This document shows, in pieces, positions 52,993 to 62,438 of a stretch of DNA of 64,000 nucleotides (position 1 is the first letter of the stretch; the number at the start of each line of letters is the position of its first letter). The DNA comes from Minisyncoccota bacterium (lineage in GTDB: Bacteria; Patescibacteriota; Minisyncoccia; 2-02-FULL-40-12; GWA2-44-9). The position numbers were made by a program, and so were the translations under genes. The stretch spans positions 9,709-73,708 of the forward strand of contig CP129474.1 of the NCBI GenBank assembly GCA_030583765.1, written 5' to 3'. Below the pieces are notes generated by a model. The model searched no databases. It was not told the DNA's origin and saw only the letters and a program-made list of their open reading frames with translations.

Positions 52993-53556
52993 CTAGACGG
53001 CAACGCATGCAAAGCGATAGCCATCAGGGGGCCAATGGCTCCACTTGTAGAGGTGCACCTCACGCTGTGCGCCTTGAGAAAAAGAAATGAGCTCCAGCAC
53101 GTTGCGAGGACTGTCGAGAGGCGAGAATGCGCTGTTACCGAGAGCAACAATTCTCAAGTGACGTTGCAAATCGGGGTAGGTTGCGCCTAGCGTAAGGATC
53201 TCGAACGGGTCTGCTGGACGCACGCTCCTGGACGCAAAGTCGCCGATCACCTCATCAGATTCTATGGCTCGGCCATAGTCGACAAGTATGATTTCGACTT
53301 CTCGTTTTCCTGAGCCAGCGATCGGAAACCATGCGCCCTGTAGCTGAACTTCGCGCCAAAACTTGGAATCTATTTCCTGATAGACCATGTCGTACCCACC
53401 GTCTGCGAGTAGCTGCTCGGGCGGTCGATCATAGTCGACAACGACGCGAAGCGTTTGGAAGGATTTCCACTCCCTTCGTTTCTTTTGCATCGAGACGAAG
53501 CGAGCCACAAGCGCCAGTAGTGCTGACGCCACACCAGCAAGCAACAATACATTCAT
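52993..53556 (-). CDS. Hypothetical membrane-anchored protein (187 aa), N-terminal TM helix.
   Basis: MNVLLLAGVASALLALVARFV followed by a charged stop-transfer. No family recognised. Confidence 0.4.
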   Translation of the reverse strand: MNVLLLAGVASALLALVARFVSMQKKRREWKSFQTLRVVVDYDRPPEQLLADGGYDMVYQEIDSKFWREVQLQGAWFPIAGSGKREVEIILVDYGRAIESDEVIGDFASRSVRPADPFEILTLGATYPDLQRHLRIVALGNSAFSPLDSPRNVLELISFSQGAQREVHLYKWSHWPPDGYRFACVAV

Positions 53557-53615
53557 TTGCCACCTCCTCGTAGCTTATAAAGTAAAACACCATTTTAGTA
53601 AAAGGTCAAATATCT

Positions 53616-54044
53616 TTATTTGCAGTTATCGGCAAGTGAATACCCTGCAGATTGGGCGGCGAGTTCGTTATCAAACCAGAGTTTGTTTTCTTCTTTAATG
53701 CGCGAAGCGCCAGAGCACCACGTGTAGTGGTACTTTTTGCTTGAAGAGCTCTTTGAGGCTACGACGCGAGCGTCTCTGGGTGCCTGTGGCGCTGAGGTTT
53801 TGTTGCCCTCAATCCCCACCTGGCTTGCGAGCTGTGCTGTGAATATCTGCGCGCCGTCTTCTACGGTAATGGGCTCTAGAGCGCCGTTTTGCTGGGCTTT
53901 TAGGCCTAATTGGTAGCTAATGAAGGCAATGGCGACCATGCAGAGCACCACAAAGATCTCGTGGAATGAGTGCTTGACGAATGTAGCTGTTTTTGCTAGG
54001 ATTTCCCTCACGTTTATTAGTTTACACGATCTGCTATGGCACAT
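53616..54044 (-). CDS. Membrane-anchored protein with a C-terminal Ada-type metal-binding (Zn) domain.
   Basis: C-terminal KKYHYTWCSGASRIKEENKLWFDNELAAQSAGYSLADNCK matches the established Ada N-terminal Zn-binding pattern (YH..C....RIK.EN..F....EA..AGY..C). TM helix IFVVLCMVAIAFISY. Confidence 0.5.
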   Translation of the reverse strand: MCHSRSCKLINVREILAKTATFVKHSFHEIFVVLCMVAIAFISYQLGLKAQQNGALEPITVEDGAQIFTAQLASQVGIEGNKTSAPQAPRDARVVASKSSSSKKYHYTWCSGASRIKEENKLWFDNELAAQSAGYSLADNCK

Positions 54045-54320
54045 ACAAAAGCGATAGGCTCAACACAACTTGGACGCGACTCACAGCCAAAATATCGTGG
54101 CGTGAAGTTGCATGACGGACAGAAGGCAGCAGCTGGGAATGTTATCGTCCGCCAAACGGGCAGCACATACCTTGCTGGTGACGGTGTCCGTGTTGGGAAA
54201 GACTACACCCTCTATGCTGCACATGATGGCGTTGTCCGCTTCACCACTACTCGTAAAATGAACTATGATGGCTCGCGCCGCGTAGCAAAAGTGGTTCACG
54301 TTATCCCTGCAAAGAACTAG
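54036..54320 (+). CDS. rpmA: 50S ribosomal protein L27, with an extended C-terminus.
   Basis: MAHTKAIGSTQLGRDSQPKYRGVK...VIVRQTGSTYLAGDGVRVGKDYTLYAAHDGVVRF. Confidence 0.85.
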   Translation: MAHTKAIGSTQLGRDSQPKYRGVKLHDGQKAAAGNVIVRQTGSTYLAGDGVRVGKDYTLYAAHDGVVRFTTTRKMNYDGSRRVAKVVHVIPAKN

Positions 54321-54334
54321 CGCCCTCGGAAAGA

Positions 54335-54362
54335 AAACACCGCCCATGGGGCGGTGTTTTTG
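54335..54362. terminator. Bidirectional terminator between rpmA (+) and rplI (-).
   Basis: acaccgcc CATGG ggcggtgt followed by tttt; aaagaaaac on the other side. Confidence 0.65.
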
Positions 54363-54818
54363 TTACTCGTCGGTGCCGGTGACACTGACAGTGAGGGGCG
54401 CTTCTACTCCTTCAAACAACTTGAGGGTGACCGTGTGGTCGCCTACTGTTTTTATAGCATGTTCGACGATATGTACGGCCTCCGCCTCTACAGATGCCCC
54501 TAATTGCTTCAAAATGGCCTCTGCAAGCTCTTTTCGGCCCACTGCGGCAAAGAGGGTGCCTGAAGCGTTTGCCTTCTCCTGGAGCGAAATATGGGCTCCG
54601 GCAAGCTTATCGCGCAGGGCGAGGGCTGCGTCATGCTCTTCTGCCATGAGTAGGTTTCGCTTCTCCTGAAGGGCAAGAGCTTCTTTCTCAGCGTTCTCGG
54701 TTGCGAACTTCGCAATCCCACGAGGGATTAAGAAGTTGCGTGCATAGCCATCGGTTACGGTTTTAATGTCCCCGATCTTGGCTACACCGCGGACGTTGTG
54801 CAAGAAAATTACTTTCAT
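54363..54818 (-). CDS. rplI: 50S ribosomal protein L9.
   Basis: [36 protein letters not shown]... is a canonical L9. Confidence 0.9.
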   Translation of the reverse strand: MKVIFLHNVRGVAKIGDIKTVTDGYARNFLIPRGIAKFATENAEKEALALQEKRNLLMAEEHDAALALRDKLAGAHISLQEKANASGTLFAAVGRKELAEAILKQLGASVEAEAVHIVEHAIKTVGDHTVTLKLFEGVEAPLTVSVTGTDE

Positions 54819-54827
54819 AGAGGGGTA

Positions 54828-56054
54828 TTATCTCAGGAGTTCGAGTGCTTTGTCAAGCTGAGGGTCTTTGCCTGGAGTACCGAATTCTACAGCGCCTGAC
54901 GTGATCGCTTCTTCGGGGAGTGTCACTTTTACATCCGGCTCAATCCCCTTTTCTGAGATCGAGATCCCGTTTGGCGTGAGCCAGCGGGCAACAGTAACTT
55001 TCAGGGCAGAGCCGCCAGGGAATTCAATGACCTCTTGCACGGAACCTTTACCAAAAGTCTTTTCTCCTACAATGCGGATACTGCGGACGTCATGGAGTGC
55101 GCCAGCGAGAATTTCCGATGCTGAAGCCGAGCCGCCATTAGTGAGAATAATGACGTTATAGTCGCGAAGCTCTGGTTCGCCAGTCGTGCGGAACACGTTC
55201 TCGCTTCCATCGCCAAAGCGTTCAATAGTAACTGTGCTGCCTGGATCGAGGAACCACCCTGCGATATAGACCGAAGAATCAAGGAGGCCTCCCGGGTTAC
55301 TGCGGAGATCAAGAATGATATTCTTTGCGCTGGTTTTTTGAATCTCGCGTGCGGCTTTGCGGAATTCGCCATCCACATTTTGATTAAATGTGGAGAGCTC
55401 AAGATAGGCGGTGTCCGCATTGAGGAGGGACCATTCCACCGCCGGGATGCGGATATTCTCGCGCACGATAGGAATCTCGGTGTCAGAGTTACCGTTGCGA
55501 CGAATGGAGAGCGTCACTGTACTCCCACGAGGACCGCGGATGAGTGTCACCGCTTCTTCAACGGTCATGTCGGCGGTTGTTTTTTTATCAATGGCGAGAA
55601 TAATATCTCCGGTGCGAATGCCGGCACGAAACGCTGGTGTGTTTTTAATAGGAGAAATGACAGTGAGAAGATCGTTACGTTTGCCGATCTCAATGCCTAC
55701 ACCAGAGAATGTGCCGGAGATTTCGTCACGGAATTTCTTATTGGTGACTGGCTCAAAGAAGACAGTATATTGATCCCCTGCTGCTTGGATCATGCCTGCG
55801 ACAGCGCCGTAGATGAGATCTTGCGTGTTGAGTTTTTCGGAATCGACGAAGCGCTCATGGAGTGCGTCCCACGCGTTCCAGAAGAGGGTAAAATCAACAT
55901 CGGCCGGTTGCCCAGCATATTCACGCACCAATGTTGTAGCGTCCTGCAATGAAGTGCCAAATGTGCCCTCATCAGCAACCGATCCTAATACAAAACCAGC
56001 AGCGAGTGCTGCAAAGATACATCCAATCAGCGTGAGTCGAGTATTACGTTCCAT
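54828..56054 (-). CDS. ctpA: Carboxyl-terminal processing protease (S41 family, CtpA/Prc-like).
   Basis: PDZ domain (GVGIEIG...GDIILAIDKK). S41 catalytic region (TNGGSASASEILAGAL, EKTFGKGSVQ). N-terminal TM helix. Confidence 0.85.
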   Translation of the reverse strand: MERNTRLTLIGCIFAALAAGFVLGSVADEGTFGTSLQDATTLVREYAGQPADVDFTLFWNAWDALHERFVDSEKLNTQDLIYGAVAGMIQAAGDQYTVFFEPVTNKKFRDEISGTFSGVGIEIGKRNDLLTVISPIKNTPAFRAGIRTGDIILAIDKKTTADMTVEEAVTLIRGPRGSTVTLSIRRNGNSDTEIPIVRENIRIPAVEWSLLNADTAYLELSTFNQNVDGEFRKAAREIQKTSAKNIILDLRSNPGGLLDSSVYIAGWFLDPGSTVTIERFGDGSENVFRTTGEPELRDYNVIILTNGGSASASEILAGALHDVRSIRIVGEKTFGKGSVQEVIEFPGGSALKVTVARWLTPNGISISEKGIEPDVKVTLPEEAITSGAVEFGTPGKDPQLDKALELLR

Positions 56055-56057
56055 GTA

Positions 56058-56873
56058 TTAGGTAGATAATCTTCGCGGGAATAATCCGTAGGCGCGCAGG
56101 TAGCGCATCCCATCAAGAATATGCCAGCGAGTTGTTTGTTTCATGAGCGCATCCCACAGCCAGAAGCGCCCTTTTGATTCGCGGCGCAAATAATGATACA
56201 TGCGAGCGCGCGATGTGCGTACGACAGTGAGTCCATTGTCCCAAATACGCCGTGCCCAGTCAACGTCACTGAGGTAGTGAAAGAAGGTTGGGTTCAAAAA
56301 GCCGACGTGCTGTAGTGTCTCGCGGCGCGTCATAAGAGCGGCACCGAGCGCCCAGTCAACTTCTTGAAGCTCTTCTGCCGGTGCATCAGTGTAGAGATAC
56401 GCGTTGAGCGCTTTTGCGCGTCCTGGGATCCACATGCGGCGAGCAACGATGCTCGCAAGTGTCGGCATATGGAATGTAGATTCTTGTGGCGTTCCATCAA
56501 AGTTTAGGAGCGTAGGTGCAATAAGGCCAATGCGTGGATGTGCCTGGAGTAGTGTCGCAAGGGCTTCAAGTGAGCCGCGTTCCGGCACAATGTCAGGGTT
56601 TAAAACGCATATGAAGTCGCCCGTTGCACGCTCAGCACCCATGATGTTGCCTTTTGTATATCCAGTGTTCTCTGCAGAAGGTACGAGTATGATGTTTTTA
56701 AAAAGTGCAGCACCTTCATCGCGTACGACGGCACGCGTCTCTGGTGTAGAAGCGCTGTCCACGACGATAACTTCTATATCAGTGTCTGGAAGTACGGCAC
56801 GCGAAAGTGATTGCAGCGCTAAGCGAAGAAGCGCTGGGCGTTGGTAATTCACAATAATGCAGGAGATGCGCAT
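56058..56873 (-). CDS. Family 2 glycosyltransferase. Start probably at MRISCIIVNY; the ORF track gives 56999.
   Basis: GT-A signature: SCIIVNYQRPALL...VVDSAS...D.D-type motifs. Confidence 0.65.
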   Translation of the reverse strand: MRISCIIVNYQRPALLRLALQSLSRAVLPDTDIEVIVVDSASTPETRAVVRDEGAALFKNIILVPSAENTGYTKGNIMGAERATGDFICVLNPDIVPERGSLEALATLLQAHPRIGLIAPTLLNFDGTPQESTFHMPTLASIVARRMWIPGRAKALNAYLYTDAPAEELQEVDWALGAALMTRRETLQHVGFLNPTFFHYLSDVDWARRIWDNGLTVVRTSRARMYHYLRRESKGRFWLWDALMKQTTRWHILDGMRYLRAYGLFPRRLST

Positions 56874-56877
56874 AGAA

Positions 56878-57885
56878 CTATTGCATGGTAGCCCCGACAA
56901 AATCGCGCACGAGCTGCCAGTCGCCGTCACGTGGCAATAACACATAGGCACCAGCGGAGCTTCGGGTCTCCTGGAGCACGTTCTCTGGCGTGAGAACAAC
57001 GCGCTTTTGTGTAGTAGAGCCGCTCAGAGATTTTCCGAGAGACAAAAGACTCGTCATGTCTAAGAGATTAATGTCCGTTACTATCTGTGAACGGATCGTT
57101 TGCATGAGCGCAATAATACGCTCCGGCTCTGAGAGAATCTGGAGAGAGAGCGCCTTGTCTTTAATGGCACTAATCACCTGCTGCTGGCGACGTGCGCGAT
57201 CAAAATCGCTGGAGGAATAGCGTGACCGTACATAGTAGAGCGCTTGCTCGCCATTCAGGTGATTCTCTCCTGCAGGCAGAGAGAACGAGTACCCCCACTG
57301 CTGTTTTTCTTCAAACGGTGTCGCAAGCGTAATGGTAATGCCGCCGAGATCATCAACGATCTTTTGGAATGCCGTAAAGTTGAAAATTACTGCGTGATCT
57401 ATGTATACTCCGGTGATTTGTGAAACCAGTTTTTTTGTACCGCTCAAGCCAAGGTATTCATACGCAGCGTTGAGCTTATCTGCACGAGTGTCCGTGATGC
57501 GCGTATATAAGTCTCGTGGCAACGAGATGAACGCGGACTTCTTGGTGGCTTTGTCATAGCGTAACAGAAGGATGGTATCCGTAAGGAGGCCACCATCTGG
57601 ATCATCTTTTCCTCGCATACCAAGTACTAAAATATCCAGTGTTGCATCTTTGTCCGGCATGACATACGCATCCTCTTCAATTGCATGGACGAGCTCCGGA
57701 GGGAGTACGTGATCGGCAATAACTGCCGTTCCAGCGTTGCCAAGGGTAATATCAAAACTGGTATTGCGCAGAGATTGTGCCCACGCAACCAATGCTATGC
57801 CACAAAAAGTGAGGCCAAAAATACCCAACACAACCCTACGATAGGTGCGTGCCCCTGATATGTTTTGATTATCTAGTTGATACAT
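56878..57885 (-). CDS. LytR-CpsA-Psr (LCP) family cell-wall glycopolymer phosphotransferase.
   Basis: N-terminal TM helix. LCP core (ISLPRDLY...VIFNFTAFQKIVDDLGGITI...LNGEQALYYVRSR). Confidence 0.8.
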   Translation of the reverse strand: MYQLDNQNISGARTYRRVVLGIFGLTFCGIALVAWAQSLRNTSFDITLGNAGTAVIADHVLPPELVHAIEEDAYVMPDKDATLDILVLGMRGKDDPDGGLLTDTILLLRYDKATKKSAFISLPRDLYTRITDTRADKLNAAYEYLGLSGTKKLVSQITGVYIDHAVIFNFTAFQKIVDDLGGITITLATPFEEKQQWGYSFSLPAGENHLNGEQALYYVRSRYSSSDFDRARRQQQVISAIKDKALSLQILSEPERIIALMQTIRSQIVTDINLLDMTSLLSLGKSLSGSTTQKRVVLTPENVLQETRSSAGAYVLLPRDGDWQLVRDFVGATMQ

Positions 57886-58934
57886 TGCCGAAGTTCGTCC
57901 CCCCTCACGCGTACACGACTCTGCACAAAGCGGCGCTTGCGAAGCATGTGAGGCAAGAGTAAAAGCGCCTCATTCATGCCCCGGAGCACACTCCAATCAA
58001 AGAGTAGTGCATAGCATAGTGTGCCAATATCGCGCGCCAGAATAAAAGGAGCATCCTGTATGAGATGCGCGGCGAGCTCATTCTTTACCATTGTACACCG
58101 ATTATTCCGCCAATCCAATTGTCGCTTCAGCGGTAAAATGGCACGACGTGCGCGGATGCGTGAAGGAAGAAGCGAGTGCCACCAGTGCGCCGCAACTGAT
58201 TTTGTGGTGGTACGATCATGATATGCGTGCGCCGTAGGGCATATGACCTGCTTCCATCCACGCAATCGCATACGCCATGCGATATCCAGGTCGTCTCCAT
58301 ACCCTATGCGCAGATCCCCCACGCGTGCATAGTAGTCTGCATCAAGAATACCCTCTTCAAGTGCGCTATCCACCAGCGCACTTTTTTTAAAAAACGGCAT
58401 CGCGCCCTCAACGCCAAAGATCTTTCTCTCATCATATTGCCCGTGATCCTCTTCTCCTTGCCCGATATTATAAACGCGGCGAGCACGTGTCATGCCAAAT
58501 CCACACGTATCGATAATGCGTGACCGGCTCCACGCACCCGACGCAATGTCGGAGAATGCATACTGGTATACCTTCGCCTGTACTGCGCCTATGTGTTCGT
58601 CGGCAGTGGCGCATGCGACAAGTTTCGCGATACAATCAGGCGCTAAAAGCACGTCCACTGAGAGTGAAAGAATATACGTGCCTCGTGCCTGAGAGAGCGC
58701 TTCAATTTGCCCAGGCCACATGCCAATGTTGTGATGGTGCGCAATGATTTTTGCGCGAGGGAGAACTTCTTGCGCAACGGTGCGCGAATCGTCTTGAGAC
58801 GCGTTATCAAATATAATGACCTCTATATCTTGATACGTTTGCCGTGCGAGCGCTTCAGCGCAAGCCCGCATATAACGTGCGCCATTAGAGACCACTAGAA
58901 TAACTGAAACAAGCGGACTAAGTGCTGTGTTCAT
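57873..58934 (-). CDS. Family 2 glycosyltransferase.
   Basis: VSVILVVSNGARYMRACAEALARQTYQDIEVIIFDNASQDDS: GT-A N-terminal region with a DxD-type motif. Confidence 0.7.
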   Translation of the reverse strand: MNTALSPLVSVILVVSNGARYMRACAEALARQTYQDIEVIIFDNASQDDSRTVAQEVLPRAKIIAHHHNIGMWPGQIEALSQARGTYILSLSVDVLLAPDCIAKLVACATADEHIGAVQAKVYQYAFSDIASGAWSRSRIIDTCGFGMTRARRVYNIGQGEEDHGQYDERKIFGVEGAMPFFKKSALVDSALEEGILDADYYARVGDLRIGYGDDLDIAWRMRLRGWKQVICPTAHAYHDRTTTKSVAAHWWHSLLPSRIRARRAILPLKRQLDWRNNRCTMVKNELAAHLIQDAPFILARDIGTLCYALLFDWSVLRGMNEALLLLPHMLRKRRFVQSRVRVRGDELRQCIN

Positions 58935-60477
58935 GCTTGTAGTACCCTATAATGACAGCGCATACCGAACCGATAAGCAACAGTGCGCGCTCATCAAATA
59001 GCGCGGCGTCGGTAATAAGATAAGCCCACACCCACGGAAGCATGAGTAGTGAAGCGCTCAAAAATGCTTGATCGCGTGGCTCTGTTGCGGTACGGAGCGC
59101 GCGTATGCCCGCAAACAATATACTGGCAAGGAATGATGTGAATGCGAGGAGGCCTACAATGCCAACCTCTCCTGCAACGTGTAGATATACGTTATGCGCA
59201 GAAGAGCCAGCATCAGCAAGGCGCAGTTCCTGATCTAAAATAATTGGATATTGGCCAATACCAACCCCGAGCAATGGTCGCTCTCGCATAGAATCAAGTG
59301 TTGCACTCCAAATGGCGATGCGCTGGCTATTGGAAGTCTCCCCAAAATCAATAATGGAACGCAGTCGTTTGGTGAATAAAAGATCATCTCCTTTACTCAA
59401 AAGAAACTGCGGGGATGTCACAATCGGCCATGCAACGAAAAAGAGGGCAAAGAAAAGGAGTGACGACGCTGTAACGTATGCCATGAGCGTCTTCGCGCGG
59501 CTCTGCAACGTGTGACGCAGTGCGATAAGTAGCGCAATGCCTAGTGGGACAACTCCCACGCTTGCTACCCACATGCCGCGTGTTCCAGATAAAATAACGA
59601 AGAGAAAAATGACGGGGATAAATGCGACCCACATGCTCACACGCGTGCGCGCAAGCCGCAGAAATGTTTCATATGCATGCGCGGGAATGCGCTGATGCAC
59701 GAGCGCAGCTGCCATAACCGCCGGTACAAGCGCTATGAGAATCATCGGAAACGTGTGTGAATCTGGGAGTAGGGAGAATATGCGAAGGGAGAGCTGTTCT
59801 CCATAGTATGCAAACCACGTGTTTCCAACGCTCGTTACAATGTCGCTCCACTGTGCGCCGAACTGTCGAAACTGTACGCCCTCGCCCCATATGCGCATGA
59901 AAGCATATATATCCATCAGGTACGTGGAGAGGAGCTGTACTAGGGCCACAAGCACAAGAAGGACGGCAACCCACCGCATCACTGCAAAGAGTTGTGCGCG
60001 CACGTCCTCTCGCGATGCGATAAGTGCAACCACTCCCAACGGAAGAAGCGCGTTAGCAAAATAGATAAGGCGCATGATAGCCGTCGTCATATCCCCCGCT
60101 ACGCCTACTGAAAGTGTTGCGATACCAAAGAGTGCAAGTATGTACAACACCGCCGGTGTGCGCATGAGAGCGACAACCTCTGCCCCGCGATTGCGATAAG
60201 CATACATTGCGCGCAGGACGAGCATCACTGCAAAGAGTCGCCACATGTTGAAGTTATCGAACGTTTCAGTGATTGGAAGCGCCAATGCGCATGGCACCAT
60301 GCCAATAAAATATGTCGCAGAATCCTCAAGCGACATGTGCGCCATTGCGAAAAGTCCGAAAAAGAGCACGACAAAGCTCATGTCTCGAGATACGAGCCCA
60401 GCCATGATGGCAAGCGCGAGCGCCCAGCTTACCGTGAGTGAGGGGCGCCAAGATGAAAAAAATCGTGAAAATGTCAT
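58918..60477 (-). CDS. O-antigen ligase/Wzy_C-family polytopic membrane protein (second Wzy_C member in the window).
   Basis: 12+ TM helices with a large periplasmic loop carrying the Wzy_C-like region (LSGTRGMWVASV...). Embedded in the GT cluster. Confidence 0.55.
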   Translation of the reverse strand: MTFSRFFSSWRPSLTVSWALALAIMAGLVSRDMSFVVLFFGLFAMAHMSLEDSATYFIGMVPCALALPITETFDNFNMWRLFAVMLVLRAMYAYRNRGAEVVALMRTPAVLYILALFGIATLSVGVAGDMTTAIMRLIYFANALLPLGVVALIASREDVRAQLFAVMRWVAVLLVLVALVQLLSTYLMDIYAFMRIWGEGVQFRQFGAQWSDIVTSVGNTWFAYYGEQLSLRIFSLLPDSHTFPMILIALVPAVMAAALVHQRIPAHAYETFLRLARTRVSMWVAFIPVIFLFVILSGTRGMWVASVGVVPLGIALLIALRHTLQSRAKTLMAYVTASSLLFFALFFVAWPIVTSPQFLLSKGDDLLFTKRLRSIIDFGETSNSQRIAIWSATLDSMRERPLLGVGIGQYPIILDQELRLADAGSSAHNVYLHVAGEVGIVGLLAFTSFLASILFAGIRALRTATEPRDQAFLSASLLMLPWVWAYLITDAALFDERALLLIGSVCAVIIGYYKHEHST

Positions 60478-62438
60478 GGAGATATTGTGGCTATAGCTTC
60501 AATCCACCTCTCTGCGTGAGCGCGCCACGTATAGGTTGCCGCACGAGCGCGGATACGATCACGAAAAGCACCGTCAGCACGATATGCAAGCGATGCCTCT
60601 AGCACCTTGTGAATGCCCGCTACCGTAACGGGCAACGGTACATACAGCGCCGTATCGCCAAATATCTCATGAGACAGTGGCGTATCAGCAACTATGGGTA
60701 TGGCACCACGTGCCGCACCTTCTAGCGGAGGAAGGCCAAAAGATTCGGCGTCTGACACATACACTATAGCATGCGTCTTCGCATAGAGCGCATTTAAATC
60801 TGGTTCAGAAATGTGAGGGGTATATGTTACGCGCACGCCTTGTTGTGCAAGCTTGTCTACCATTGACGCAAGACGAGGCGGTGTATATTTATCAGCCCCC
60901 GCAAACACTCCGGCGATGTCAGGGTTCGTTTTCTGCATATCTCGGAACGCTTCTAAAAGTTCTTGGACATGTCGCCGTTCGAATGCCTGGCCAACCCATG
61001 CGAAGAGCGGCTCTCGTGGAGCGTTATCAGTATCTCCGCTGTAGCGCACAGCAAGGTGATTCACCATAACACTACGAATAGGTTGGCGGAATGCCGTCGC
61101 AAGAAGGTGTGCGGAATCATGTGAAAGCGTCATGACGCTTGCGGCACGTCGGTAAGCCCACCCCGCAAATAAGCGATATGCCAAACGATATTTTAAGGGT
61201 AACGATGTGCCGAACATTTCATACCCCACATCAGGCGTGAGCATCACAAGTGCAGCGCGCATCCACGTAAAAGGGAGCATGTAATTGGGGAAGTAGAGAA
61301 CGCGAACACCGTGCCAATAGGCCAAAAGTGGCATCCACACGTGGTAGTGGATATTAAAAGACGCTGGCGTGTATGGTGGCTTTGTGACGTGACACTGCAT
61401 ATACGGCGCATGTTTCCAAGGCCCATCCACAATGGTCGATTTAAAATAGAGGTGGAATACGAAGCGTCGTGCAAGGCGCGGTTGCTCTGCAAGTTCACGT
61501 ACAAGCTCCCGCGTCATGCGCGCCACGCCACCCACGGGATCTTCCAGTGATTCTGCCTCGATGCCAACATGTATGCGATGCGCGTCAGGGTCCCCCTGCA
61601 TATCTCGCGCCGCTATCCATATACCACGCCACACGCCGCGCCAATATGCACGGCCAAACAGCATTCCTAGTGCGGCTCTCACCAAAGCGAAGGTTGCCCA
61701 ACATAAGGCGCGCGCTTTACTGCCAAGGCGCCATTCAACAAAGAGATAGTTACGAGCATGCAGTGTTGCGAGGGATTTGTTCGCAAGCGTTTTTGTTGCC
61801 ACAGAACCTTCATGCATCACACTTGTCTCTCCAACGCGTATCGGAATCCCCCGTTGGCGTGCAGCCCACGTAAGAGCAACATCCTCCCAATAGAGAAAGA
61901 AGCGTTCATCCCACCACCCTATTGTATCTCCGCTTTCGCGATCTATAGCGCATGCGGCGCCATGCACATATGTGCGCGCATCGCCGAGATCATATGTTCC
62001 GCGCATGCCCATAGGCATCCCTTGTGCATATGACACGCGCCCAGACGTTATCTGTACACCACCTTCTTCTACGCGCAATGCAACAAGCCCTGTCTTTCCG
62101 GCGAGATCTTTCGTCAGCGTATCGCGGAACGTGGGCGTAACATGGGTATCACTATTTAAGAACACAAACCACGTTGCGCCGTCAGCACGGGCATGAGTGA
62201 CGCCGATGTTATTTCCAGAGCCAAAACCACCGTTATATGGTGCGTGGATGTGGCGGGCATGAGGGATCTGCTCTGCAAAGCGCGCATGCTTCGCATCGGT
62301 GTACTCGTTATTATCAACGATGTACCATCGAATATCTGAGCCAAGGTGTGGCGCCAGCGACTGAGCGAGGCGCATGATGGCAGTATCTTTTCCAAAATGG
62401 ACGGTAATAATTGCAATCATGATATCAATGACCGCCAC
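60474..62438 (-). CDS. Bifunctional glycosyltransferase: N-terminal GT2 fused to a C-terminal GT4 (GT-B).
   Basis: N-terminal GT2 region (VHFGKDTAIMRLAQSL...NNEY...DKH-type). C-terminal GT4 signature (YVSDAESFGLPPLEGAARGAIPIVADTP). Confidence 0.65.
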   Translation of the reverse strand: MAVIDIMIAIITVHFGKDTAIMRLAQSLAPHLGSDIRWYIVDNNEYTDAKHARFAEQIPHARHIHAPYNGGFGSGNNIGVTHARADGATWFVFLNSDTHVTPTFRDTLTKDLAGKTGLVALRVEEGGVQITSGRVSYAQGMPMGMRGTYDLGDARTYVHGAACAIDRESGDTIGWWDERFFLYWEDVALTWAARQRGIPIRVGETSVMHEGSVATKTLANKSLATLHARNYLFVEWRLGSKARALCWATFALVRAALGMLFGRAYWRGVWRGIWIAARDMQGDPDAHRIHVGIEAESLEDPVGGVARMTRELVRELAEQPRLARRFVFHLYFKSTIVDGPWKHAPYMQCHVTKPPYTPASFNIHYHVWMPLLAYWHGVRVLYFPNYMLPFTWMRAALVMLTPDVGYEMFGTSLPLKYRLAYRLFAGWAYRRAASVMTLSHDSAHLLATAFRQPIRSVMVNHLAVRYSGDTDNAPREPLFAWVGQAFERRHVQELLEAFRDMQKTNPDIAGVFAGADKYTPPRLASMVDKLAQQGVRVTYTPHISEPDLNALYAKTHAIVYVSDAESFGLPPLEGAARGAIPIVADTPLSHEIFGDTALYVPLPVTVAGIHKVLEASLAYRADGAFRDRIRARAATYTWRAHAERWIEAIATISP

